NCBI GenBank assembly: GCA_045649795.1
Contig: JAZRQM010000081.1
Coordinates: 38,895 to 102,894, forward strand
Origin: Candidatus Cryptobacteroides sp.
Lineage (GTDB): Bacteria; Bacteroidota; Bacteroidia; Bacteroidales; UBA932
Reading direction: 5' to 3'
DNA length: 64,000 nucleotides
Both the position numbers and the translations under genes were made by a program. The notes under the pieces are model-generated. The model ran no database searches. It was given only the letters and a program-made list of their open reading frames with translations, and was not told where the DNA came from. Below, piece by piece: positions 30,179-39,317 of the stretch (position 1 is its first letter; every line of letters begins with the position of its first letter).

Positions 30179-32767
30179 TTATTTGTTCAGTGCCTTTGTT
30201 ATCTCTTCTGCTCCAAGTGTAAGCATCACGAAATTAGGTACATTACGTGTACAGCACTCGTTCTCGCCCCAAAGGAACGGATAGTCATCCTTATGTTCCA
30301 TAAAGTCCGGATTCATAATAAGAAGTCCAGGAACGATTCCACCAGGGATCACGGTATAATCCGCACGATTGGTACCATATGCAACATTTTTAGTGTTAAC
30401 ACCGACTGATGTGATGAATGAAACATTTGAATAAGGGTGACGACCGAAGATGAAATGCATACCGTTAAGTACAAGCTCAGGATCGATCATGTCTGGGAAA
30501 TACTTCCACACGAGGTAGTTGTTGTATGCCCAGTTGAGAGCAACCTCTGTACCTCCCCATCCACGTCCCTGTACAGGAACACCATATGGGTTCTCTGCTG
30601 CTGTAGCCTCTACAGACTTCACGTATGCAGGAACCGCAGCTTTTACAGCGGCCTTGAATTCGTCGTCAAGAAGAGGATAAAGTTCCAGAGCAGAACCAAG
30701 ATTCGGTGCACGATAAGAACCACCCTGGCCTCCATGCTGCTGCTGAGGCTGCTGGGTAAGCTGTTCCATTACCTTAGGAAGGAAGAAATCCTTATATTTC
30801 TGCTCACCTGTAGCCCTCCAGAGCTGGATCGCAGCAGAAGTTCTCTGTTCGCCACGCATCCATCTGTTGTTCGAATTCTGATTCTTCGAAGGATCTGCAG
30901 CCTCGAAATTCTCATCCCAAAGTTTCACAGCAAGCTTGAGAGCCTTTGCAGAAAGTGCTGGATTGTAATCCTTCAATGCACGTGCAGCAGCTGCCATTGC
31001 GGCGATTGTAGACATCTGACCTGCAGGTGAATAGTTACCGGTAAATGCGAAACGATCATCACATGTACCCGATGTTCCTCCTACTATAGCATATGGCTGA
31101 AGAGCAGGGTTGTATACATATCCATCAGTCTGCGATGCACCGTCACCGATATGTACATACTGCCATGTATTGCCCTGTACTATACCCTGAGCAACGAAAC
31201 CGATGTTCTCGACCTGTGCAATGAGATTGAGCAGACCGTGCTCGCACTGCTGAAGCACGTCAGGCTGTCCGTCCGGACGATGAATGTCTACAAACTGAGT
31301 CTTCTGATCGATATAAGTCTGGTCGCGATCCTCGCCGAAGAGGTCCCAAAGCAATGCAAACTGGGAAGTAAGTCCGATCACGGTACCTGACTGAATGTCA
31401 AAATCACCGGCATCATACCAAGCACCTACCGAAAGTCCAGGGATATGCTCGTAAGGCTTATACTTGGTATTTGTTTCATTGCCCATTCTGTAACCGTCAT
31501 GCATCGAAACATTCAGAGGAGCCTGAAGTGCATCGTCCATGTTCGAACGGCCATGCCATACCCTGTAGCCTTCCTTTACTTCCATATGGTCCATCTGTGC
31601 AGGAAGCCATACGTCCATTGTGGTATGCCACTTGTCAGCATATACATTCTCAGCGATCGGGAATACATTGGAAACATGTTCTCCGAACTGAAGCACATAA
31701 AGTCCCGGTTCCTTGACTGATGTAAAGTCTACCTGAGCATAATTATAACGATTGTAGTATACGCCCCACTCCTTGACAGCAGGCTCGGCTACAACCGAAC
31801 GCTGGCCATCAGCAGCAATTCTGATGATCTTAGCTTTTGCCGGAACCTTGTAATTCTTATCGAGTTCGACAACAGCAACCTTCTTCTGTGCAGGTGTATA
31901 TCCGACCTGTGAAATACCGATATTAGGTTCTCTAACCCACTCAGGATCAAATCCCTGCTCAATATACCACTCGACAACCTTACCGATCTTTCCTTCAGGG
32001 AGGAATGATCTTACCACGAATGTTCCGTTTGACGAGAGATTACGTCCGTCATACAGATTGATATCTGAGTCCGACCTGAATGTAACACGGATATCATTAT
32101 CCTCGGGTGCCATTACAAGAGTCTTTCCTGTAGCAATTGGGTGAGCAACCAGGAATTCATCTCTCTTTCTATCATCGAATGTTGAGTAGCTGTAGCCTTC
32201 GCCATAAATCTGAACAACCTTTTCAGAAAGAGGACGGATCTCTGTATTTCCTGCCGGATGCTTAGGAAGGATATCATATTTTCCATCCATCATAAAGGTC
32301 TTTCCGAAATATGTAGCAGGGAAGAATTCAATGTTCATTCCGGCCTTGCCGACAAGTTCTGCCGGAACCGGTTTGTCAAGGTAGACACCCATTGTAACAC
32401 CCTTATCCTTTCCTTGCACCTTGATGGTTGCCCTGAAATCATATCTTTCATAATAGAGCACGACCTCGATCGTGTTTCCATCCTTATCAACCTTTCGCGA
32501 CTCAAGAACAGGATAGATGTCCCACTGTTCAGGTGTATTCATCAGGCGGATGCCTCCACCAGTGGAGATCCTTACTCCTCTCTGGATAATTTCTATTGCG
32601 GCTGTCTTCTCATCGCAGAACATACCGTTATAGAGATTGCTGTACACAAGGAAGTTCACTCCCCTGTCCTCAAAATACTCAAGATCGTTGACCTTGAGTG
32701 ACTGTGCTGACAGCATTGTAGAAAACAACGCTGTCAGCACAGTTATCAAGAGATATCTTGATTTCAT
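30179..32767 (-). CDS. GH9-family glycoside hydrolase (paralog A)
   Basis: Same architecture and motifs as the adjacent paralog (WYDAGD, FIFGRHP, WGENE). Confidence 0.85.
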   Translation of the reverse strand: MKSRYLLITVLTALFSTMLSAQSLKVNDLEYFEDRGVNFLVYSNLYNGMFCDEKTAAIEIIQRGVRISTGGGIRLMNTPEQWDIYPVLESRKVDKDGNTIEVVLYYERYDFRATIKVQGKDKGVTMGVYLDKPVPAELVGKAGMNIEFFPATYFGKTFMMDGKYDILPKHPAGNTEIRPLSEKVVQIYGEGYSYSTFDDRKRDEFLVAHPIATGKTLVMAPEDNDIRVTFRSDSDINLYDGRNLSSNGTFVVRSFLPEGKIGKVVEWYIEQGFDPEWVREPNIGISQVGYTPAQKKVAVVELDKNYKVPAKAKIIRIAADGQRSVVAEPAVKEWGVYYNRYNYAQVDFTSVKEPGLYVLQFGEHVSNVFPIAENVYADKWHTTMDVWLPAQMDHMEVKEGYRVWHGRSNMDDALQAPLNVSMHDGYRMGNETNTKYKPYEHIPGLSVGAWYDAGDFDIQSGTVIGLTSQFALLWDLFGEDRDQTYIDQKTQFVDIHRPDGQPDVLQQCEHGLLNLIAQVENIGFVAQGIVQGNTWQYVHIGDGASQTDGYVYNPALQPYAIVGGTSGTCDDRFAFTGNYSPAGQMSTIAAMAAAARALKDYNPALSAKALKLAVKLWDENFEAADPSKNQNSNNRWMRGEQRTSAAIQLWRATGEQKYKDFFLPKVMEQLTQQPQQQHGGQGGSYRAPNLGSALELYPLLDDEFKAAVKAAVPAYVKSVEATAAENPYGVPVQGRGWGGTEVALNWAYNNYLVWKYFPDMIDPELVLNGMHFIFGRHPYSNVSFITSVGVNTKNVAYGTNRADYTVIPGGIVPGLLIMNPDFMEHKDDYPFLWGENECCTRNVPNFVMLTLGAEEITKALNK

Positions 32768-32785
32768 GATTATACTCTGTTTAAA

Positions 32786-34150
32786 TTATTTCATCCGCCA
32801 CCAGTCAAAGTCGAAGAGTTCCTCATCGCCACCGCGGAAGAGGATGTAAACGTCATGCTTACCAGTTACAGGACGTCTGCTTCTTACCTCGACTGTCTGC
32901 TCATCCTGAGTTCCGTCCACCTTTACAGTAGCGAAAGGAGAATCAGCCAAAGCGTTGAGATAGAACTCCACAGTACCAGGATTCTTGAAGTTGAGAGTCT
33001 TGACAGTCACCTGCTTAGGGCCTTCTGTTCCGAAATCAACCTCAGCGATCTTGATCCAGTCGCCATTGTCGATCTTTCTTACATAATGATCCTTACCTGG
33101 AAGACGGTCAGTCTTGAGTCCCCAGCTGTGAGCCATAGTCTCAGCCTCTACTCTTTCATATGGATTGAGTGTGCCGAGCGGTGCAGGACCATTGTCTGTG
33201 AAAGGAATGAAAGGAATTGTTCCGTCAGGATTATACTTGAACTCCTCTACGGCTGCAGAACGGTGGAAACCAGCTCCGTTAGGAAGCTTTCCATTATGAT
33301 AGAACATGTAGCTGTGACCCTTGTAGGTAACCTCTCCGCCATGGATTGTAAATGAATTCACAGCCTCATCCATAATGCGTCCACGATATGTCCAAGGGCC
33401 ATTTACAGTAGGAGCCGTAGAATATGCCATGTGCTCAGGAACACCACCAGACGGATATGTAAGATAGTAGAGGTCTCCCCTCTTGCTGATCCACGGACCT
33501 TCCTCGAAGCCAACCATGAGCTCCTCCTTGCCCTTACCCCAGTTCATCTTCATAGACTGTGGTCCAAAGCACTTAGGATCGTGGAAACCAGGCACTTCCT
33601 GATAGCCGTTCTTGAATGAAATCATATCATCATTGAGCTCACCGTACCAAAGACCCTTGTTACCCCAGAAGAGATAGGCACGGCCGTCATCGTCGATGAA
33701 TACTGTAGGATCGATGAATGAAAAACCTGTTGCAAGAGGACCTCCGATTGCATCAACATATGGTCCCTGAGGATCATCTGCCACTGCAACAGCGAGAACA
33801 TCCTTCTTGTTGGCATCGTTCAGACAAACATACCAATACCATTTTCCATTTCTCTCGATGGCCTGTGAAGCCCATGCGCGGTCGCCATGGAAGGCCCACT
33901 TGAAAGTCTCGGTAGAAATCGGAGTGCCAAGATATGTCCAGTTGACCATGTCCTCAGTCGAGAAGACCTGCCAGTCATTCATCTTGAAATATGTCGCATC
34001 ATCTTCGTCATGTCCGGTAAACATATAGAGTTTGTCCCCATGTACATATGGAGCCGGATCCGGAGTATAGGACGTAGTGATGATCGGATTCTGAGCGAAG
34101 CCCGCTGCAGAAGCAAGTATAAGAGCAGAAACTAATAATGTTTTCTTCAT
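32786..34150 (-). CDS. GH43 xylosidase/arabinofuranosidase with C-terminal CBM6-like module
   Basis: YTPDPAP, AWASQ, FIDPTVFIDDDG, FEEGPW; C-terminal RVEAE..VDFG..GKHDVYILF..FDFDWW. Confidence 0.9.
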   Translation of the reverse strand: MKKTLLVSALILASAAGFAQNPIITTSYTPDPAPYVHGDKLYMFTGHDEDDATYFKMNDWQVFSTEDMVNWTYLGTPISTETFKWAFHGDRAWASQAIERNGKWYWYVCLNDANKKDVLAVAVADDPQGPYVDAIGGPLATGFSFIDPTVFIDDDGRAYLFWGNKGLWYGELNDDMISFKNGYQEVPGFHDPKCFGPQSMKMNWGKGKEELMVGFEEGPWISKRGDLYYLTYPSGGVPEHMAYSTAPTVNGPWTYRGRIMDEAVNSFTIHGGEVTYKGHSYMFYHNGKLPNGAGFHRSAAVEEFKYNPDGTIPFIPFTDNGPAPLGTLNPYERVEAETMAHSWGLKTDRLPGKDHYVRKIDNGDWIKIAEVDFGTEGPKQVTVKTLNFKNPGTVEFYLNALADSPFATVKVDGTQDEQTVEVRSRRPVTGKHDVYILFRGGDEELFDFDWWRMK

Positions 34151-34160
34151 ATTAAGTTAT

Positions 34161-36695
34161 TTAGAATTTCTTTTCGATTCTCATTACTCCGGCTGAGAGA
34201 GGAGCAACTTCAAGGACAACCTCCTGATCTGTAAACGATGGAGTGAACATCTTGAGAGCTACAGCATTCTTGTTTTCCATGCTGTTTGCCGCATCAAGAG
34301 AACCAGGAGCGAAGTACTCGTACTTTGTCGAAGCGATACCCTTCCAGTCACCTGTTACCTTGAGTCTGTACGGAGTATCAGTCGGATTCACAACCTTCAC
34401 GATGACGTCACGGCCGTTCTCAGACATTGTAGTCATAACGCTGATCTCTTTTGTATCACCCTCATAATCAAGACGATATCTCGAGAAATTATTATACCAA
34501 AGTTCAGTCACCTGATAGTTAGGAGCTACAAAAAGATCCTTATAATCGAAGTTGATGAATGCATTGTTCCAGTCTGGAGCATCGGTACGACGGATGAAAA
34601 GGGCTGCAGAACCGATGGCAACGATATCACGCTCCTCACACTCGTTAAGGAATCCACCTGCAAAGAGACCGGTTCTCCAGTCAATGCTCTGAAGGTTCCA
34701 CTCTGAGATGAAAAGCTTCACGTTAGGGTTAGGTGATTCTGCGATCATCTTCGCATATTCGTCATACTGAGCGCCCAATTTTGCAGGACCGTCAGCGTAT
34801 CCGCGTGGCTGCTCATAATGGTGGAGACTGAGATAGTCGAAATAGTTTGCAGATCTTTCGATCATACCTCCATCCTGACCACGGAAACCACCGCAAGCGA
34901 TGATCTTGATTGTAGGATCGACAGCACGCATAGCCTCTGAGAAATCACGTACGCAAGCCTCGTACTTCTCGATTCCCATCTCCCACATTTCGTTATCGAT
35001 CTCCCAATACTTCACATTGTATGGTTCCGGATGACCGTTGGCAGCACGGATGCTACCCCATTTTCCTGTTGCAGGCTCGTTACAGTATGCAACCCAGTCA
35101 GCTGCATCCTGAATGATGCGCTCTCTTTCGGATTCAGGAAGCTCGAATCTTACAGAAACCACGATGATAGGCTCTGTATTGACCTCACGGCAGAACTTGA
35201 TGAACTCGTCTGTTCCGAAGCAGTTCTGATCATAGTCCATCCACATCCAGTTTGGCCATCTCTGACGGTCTTCCTGCGGTCCGATTCCCCATTTCCAGTC
35301 GTACTGAGCGACATAACCGCCACCTGGCCAACGGAGACATGTAGGGTGAAGATCCTTTACAGCCTGGAGGATATCTGGGCGGAAGCCACCATTAGCCTGA
35401 CCTGTTGCTGTTGAAAGAGTTACCTGATCGAACTGTACTGTACCGTTTTCAACTGCGATAGCGAAGTCCGCATCACCGCTGTTCTCTCCTGCAGGAAGAG
35501 TGATTTCAAATTTCTTCCACTCATTTCCTGGTACGCCGAGCTTCTGCTCAACGATGAAATCATCGCCTCTCTTGAGACCTACAGAAAGAGTACCGTTACC
35601 CTTTGCATAGATCGATCCCACGAAAGTCTCGCCTGCCACAACGTTCTGAGGGCCCTGTGAAACACCTGACTTTGATGTGGCTGTAACCTTCTGTGAATAT
35701 TCCATATTGATGGCGTCACCCTTTACGAGTTCGAACTGGCCGTTTCCGAAAGAGTTCCACTGATGAGCAACAGCAGGGATCTTGACATCCTCAGGAGTTC
35801 CCTCGAAATACACAGTCTTTCCGTTTGAAGATGCGACCTTGATGTTCTTGTAATACGCCTCTGTGTAGTTTACCCACAAAACGATGTCATTCTTGCCTGC
35901 AGCATCAAGCTTGCTGCTGCTTACAACCTTCTTTCCGTCCCAGTACACTGTAACTGAATTAGCCTTGCAGACTACGCGAAGCTTATGCCAGTCCTGGTTC
36001 TCATTCATCTGCTGCTCTGTAGCGATCTTGTAGTTGATCGGCTCGAGCATAGTCATCTTGCGGGTTCTGCCACCGAAAGAAGGCATTTCCCTCTCAACCT
36101 TCTTAGATATCGAGAAGTTCTGCTCGGTTACCTGCATTGCATTCTGACGTGCCTGAGCAAGACTCTGAGCCTGAATCTGAGACTCAGTCTGTGCAGTGCT
36201 GAGAATCTTTGTCTCATAATACGGATCGTGAAGACGAACAAAGTAAGGCTCGCCGTTCGCCTGATTCTTGACAGCAAACCTCATGTCCATGATTCCGCCG
36301 CTCCAAGCACGGTTCACGAGCTTGTACGAACGCCACTTTACATCCATTGTGATCTCATAGTCATCACCATCGACGCTGGTGATGTTAAGAGGCTGCTCAT
36401 ATCTTGTAGGAGAATGGAGGACATTATCATCATCCATATACCATCCATCGAAGAATCCGTCTCTCGGATGGATTCCAGGATACTGCTCCGGCTCGAATGA
36501 ACGCTCGAAGATAAGCTCCTGCCATACGCCGTTGTTAGCTGAAAAATAGATGTGCTCGAAAAGCTGTCCATAGATCATCGGATCAATAGTGCCAGAGGCT
36601 GCCTTTGACTTGACATCTATGCTGACAGTTTCCTGCGCAGCAGCGCTGACACCTAAAAATGCCAGCGAAATGATAATAGTTAGAAGTCTTTTCAT
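34161..36695 (-). CDS. GH51 alpha-L-arabinofuranosidase with large inserted beta-sandwich
   Basis: IYGQLFEH, LRWPGG, FGTDEF, WEIDNE, ISEWN. Confidence 0.88.
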   Translation of the reverse strand: MKRLLTIIISLAFLGVSAAAQETVSIDVKSKAASGTIDPMIYGQLFEHIYFSANNGVWQELIFERSFEPEQYPGIHPRDGFFDGWYMDDDNVLHSPTRYEQPLNITSVDGDDYEITMDVKWRSYKLVNRAWSGGIMDMRFAVKNQANGEPYFVRLHDPYYETKILSTAQTESQIQAQSLAQARQNAMQVTEQNFSISKKVEREMPSFGGRTRKMTMLEPINYKIATEQQMNENQDWHKLRVVCKANSVTVYWDGKKVVSSSKLDAAGKNDIVLWVNYTEAYYKNIKVASSNGKTVYFEGTPEDVKIPAVAHQWNSFGNGQFELVKGDAINMEYSQKVTATSKSGVSQGPQNVVAGETFVGSIYAKGNGTLSVGLKRGDDFIVEQKLGVPGNEWKKFEITLPAGENSGDADFAIAVENGTVQFDQVTLSTATGQANGGFRPDILQAVKDLHPTCLRWPGGGYVAQYDWKWGIGPQEDRQRWPNWMWMDYDQNCFGTDEFIKFCREVNTEPIIVVSVRFELPESERERIIQDAADWVAYCNEPATGKWGSIRAANGHPEPYNVKYWEIDNEMWEMGIEKYEACVRDFSEAMRAVDPTIKIIACGGFRGQDGGMIERSANYFDYLSLHHYEQPRGYADGPAKLGAQYDEYAKMIAESPNPNVKLFISEWNLQSIDWRTGLFAGGFLNECEERDIVAIGSAALFIRRTDAPDWNNAFINFDYKDLFVAPNYQVTELWYNNFSRYRLDYEGDTKEISVMTTMSENGRDVIVKVVNPTDTPYRLKVTGDWKGIASTKYEYFAPGSLDAANSMENKNAVALKMFTPSFTDQEVVLEVAPLSAGVMRIEKKF

Positions 36696-36710
36696 AATGT
36701 ATAATATTAA

Positions 36711-38246
36711 TTATTGGTTTCTTCTAGATTCGAAATATGAATTCAGCACCCACATGGCTTCCTCATCGGGAACAGGTGCAGGATATGGCTTGTCGCCCTT
36801 GAGGACCATAGTCACGTGATTGTCCTTGGTGAACTCCGGCCACTGCGGAAGGCCTTCTCCGTTCGGATCGCCGTACTTTGCAAAGTTGGTCCAATATGTA
36901 GCCATGATATCTGAAAGTTCGAAGTCTGTGTCAACTTCCTCCTTCTTCAAGGCTTTGAATACGAAATCAACGTCCTGGCCATGTGGAGAGCCGTATCCGT
37001 AACGAGGAGAACCCTCCGGATAATCAGGATGCTGGTCGAAATAATACAGATAGACATTAGAATTGCCATTCTCAGCCTGAAGGCGGGCCCAGCTCCATGT
37101 ATGCCATCCGAATGCGGCATCACGAGCCAGATCACGTCCTGTCTTGGTCACTACAGGACCGTCAACAGGATAAACCTGAAGGAGCTGCTCAGCAAACGGA
37201 CCGAAGCGCTCTTCTACACTTGCCTTATGTGCCACAGCATCATTTCCTCCGAACGAGAAGCTCGCTCCTTCGTCTGAATTATAACCGACAAGTATATCTA
37301 CATCATTGAATTTTCCGGCTTCATAAAGTCTGTACTGATCATCAGGAATGACATAACCGTCTACGATAGGCCATGCACCTCCGGCCATTGCGAACGGACG
37401 TCCCAGTTCTGACGCAGGCTTTGCTCTAAGCTCAGCAAGTGACTGAGCACCAAGACCTTCCATAAATTTAACACCATCCTTCTCTGCGACTTCAAGACTT
37501 GTCATATTCTCTCCCGGATATGATCTTTCCTCTACCGGTCCGAATGATCCGCCGCTCTGGGAAATCGCTCCTCTGAAAAGTCCTTTTGCAAGAGGTGAAG
37601 CACAAAGCATGCTTACGGAGATTCCACCGGCAGACTCACCAAAGATTGTAACCTTTTCAGGATCGCCGCCAAATGCAGCAATATTGTCCTGAATCCATTC
37701 CAATGCAGCGATCTGGTCAAGGATGCCATAATTTCCGGATACTCCGTTTGGATTTTCTGCACTGAGTTCAGGATGTGCAAAGAAGCCCATCTGACCGACG
37801 CGGTAGTTGAAGCTTACAAGAACAACTCCCTTACGTGCGAGCTCTGCTCCGTCATTGAATGCCGAAGAGCCCATCGAGAAGCCGCCTCCATAAATCCAGA
37901 CAAGAACCGGGAGCTTGTCTTTAGGCGACTTTGCAGGGGTCCAGACATTCAGATAGAGGCAATCTTCCGAGAAATCTTCTCCGGCCTGTCCGGATCCCTG
38001 GATCGGGCCAGGACCGAACTTCACCGTCTCCTTGACGCCTTCCCAGGACTCTACCGGCTGCGGAGCCTTCCATCTGAGATCTCCCACAGGTGGAGCTGCG
38101 AAAGGAATTCCTTTGTAAATAGTCAGATCTTCAGTCACTTCGCCTTGGATCCATCCGCCTTCGACCTTCACCTGACCGGGCTCCGCCTTATGGCACGAAA
38201 CAGTCAGAAGAAGGACTGAAAACAATGCAAGAAAAGTATGTTTCAT
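36711..38246 (-). CDS. Type-B carboxylesterase lipoprotein
   Basis: Lipobox TVSC; KGIPFAAPPVGDLRW, EDCLYLNVW, GESAGG, WTNFAKYGDPNG. Confidence 0.9.
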   Translation of the reverse strand: MKHTFLALFSVLLLTVSCHKAEPGQVKVEGGWIQGEVTEDLTIYKGIPFAAPPVGDLRWKAPQPVESWEGVKETVKFGPGPIQGSGQAGEDFSEDCLYLNVWTPAKSPKDKLPVLVWIYGGGFSMGSSAFNDGAELARKGVVLVSFNYRVGQMGFFAHPELSAENPNGVSGNYGILDQIAALEWIQDNIAAFGGDPEKVTIFGESAGGISVSMLCASPLAKGLFRGAISQSGGSFGPVEERSYPGENMTSLEVAEKDGVKFMEGLGAQSLAELRAKPASELGRPFAMAGGAWPIVDGYVIPDDQYRLYEAGKFNDVDILVGYNSDEGASFSFGGNDAVAHKASVEERFGPFAEQLLQVYPVDGPVVTKTGRDLARDAAFGWHTWSWARLQAENGNSNVYLYYFDQHPDYPEGSPRYGYGSPHGQDVDFVFKALKKEEVDTDFELSDIMATYWTNFAKYGDPNGEGLPQWPEFTKDNHVTMVLKGDKPYPAPVPDEEAMWVLNSYFESRRNQ

Positions 38247-38342
38247 ATCAGTTTTTGTTATTAGTTACATGGTTTGGCAATAAATACAAATTTAACTAAA
38301 AAAAACGAGAAATAGAAGTAACTTTGGACAAAATTAGAAACA

Positions 38343-39278
38343 ATGAACCATACGGGTGAGATAATAGCTATTCTTTCAGCAGTTTCATGCACTGCCACAG
38401 CACTTTACGCGTCTGAGGCAAGCAGTCGTCTTGGAACGATGACGGTCAATGTGCTGAGGTTAGCAATGGCGACTGTCTTCCTGGCTGGAGCCCTGTGGAT
38501 CACGACAGGCTTACCCTATCCGGCATCTGCAGACGGCAAGGTATGGTTATACCTCGCTATGTCCGCCTTGGTCGGATATGTATTCGGCGACTGGTGTCTG
38601 TTCAATTCATACATCGTCATCGGGCCGAAGATAGGACAGCTTTTCATGACTTTAGCTCCTCCGATCGCGGCGATCACAGGTCAGATCATGCTTGACGAAC
38701 ATATGTCATGGAAGGCATGGATTGCGATGGCAGTCACCATAAGCGGAATAGCGATATCCATCATGAGCCGGGAAGAAGGATCCCATATACGTCTGTCAAT
38801 CCCCCTGAAAGGCATTCTGCTCGGCATAGGTGCAGGAATGGGACAAGGCATAGGCTTGGTTCTGAGCAAGATAGGCATGGCCCATTACTCCTCCGTCTTA
38901 CCTGCGGACACGCCCGAGGCAATCCGGTCGATGATTCCTTTCGCATCCACAATGGCAAGGGCGATGATCGGCTGTATCGGTTTTCTGTTGCTGATGACTA
39001 TGCAGAAAAGCCTCGGCAAGCTGCGCGAAGCGGCCAAGGACCGGAAAGGTCTGAAGTATGCCGCATTGACAACCTTGTTCGGCCCTGTAATCGGAGTTTC
39101 TCTCTCACTTATGTCGGTACAGTATACGGAAACTGGCATTGCTTCAACCTTGATGTCACTTACTCCCGTCCTGATCATCATACCTTACGCATTGATATAC
39201 AGACAGAAAATAAGCTTAAAAGAGATTATCGGAGTTACAGTAAGCATGGCTGGAACCGCCCTGTTCTTCTTATTATAG
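38343..39278 (+). CDS. EamA/DMT-family transporter
   Basis: Two repeats of 5 TM helices; GYVFGD, STLMSLTPV. Confidence 0.85.
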   Translation: MNHTGEIIAILSAVSCTATALYASEASSRLGTMTVNVLRLAMATVFLAGALWITTGLPYPASADGKVWLYLAMSALVGYVFGDWCLFNSYIVIGPKIGQLFMTLAPPIAAITGQIMLDEHMSWKAWIAMAVTISGIAISIMSREEGSHIRLSIPLKGILLGIGAGMGQGIGLVLSKIGMAHYSSVLPADTPEAIRSMIPFASTMARAMIGCIGFLLLMTMQKSLGKLREAAKDRKGLKYAALTTLFGPVIGVSLSLMSVQYTETGIASTLMSLTPVLIIIPYALIYRQKISLKEIIGVTVSMAGTALFFLL

Positions 39279-39317
39279 GTTGACTTTATCATTAAAAATA
39301 ACTACCTTTACAAGGTT

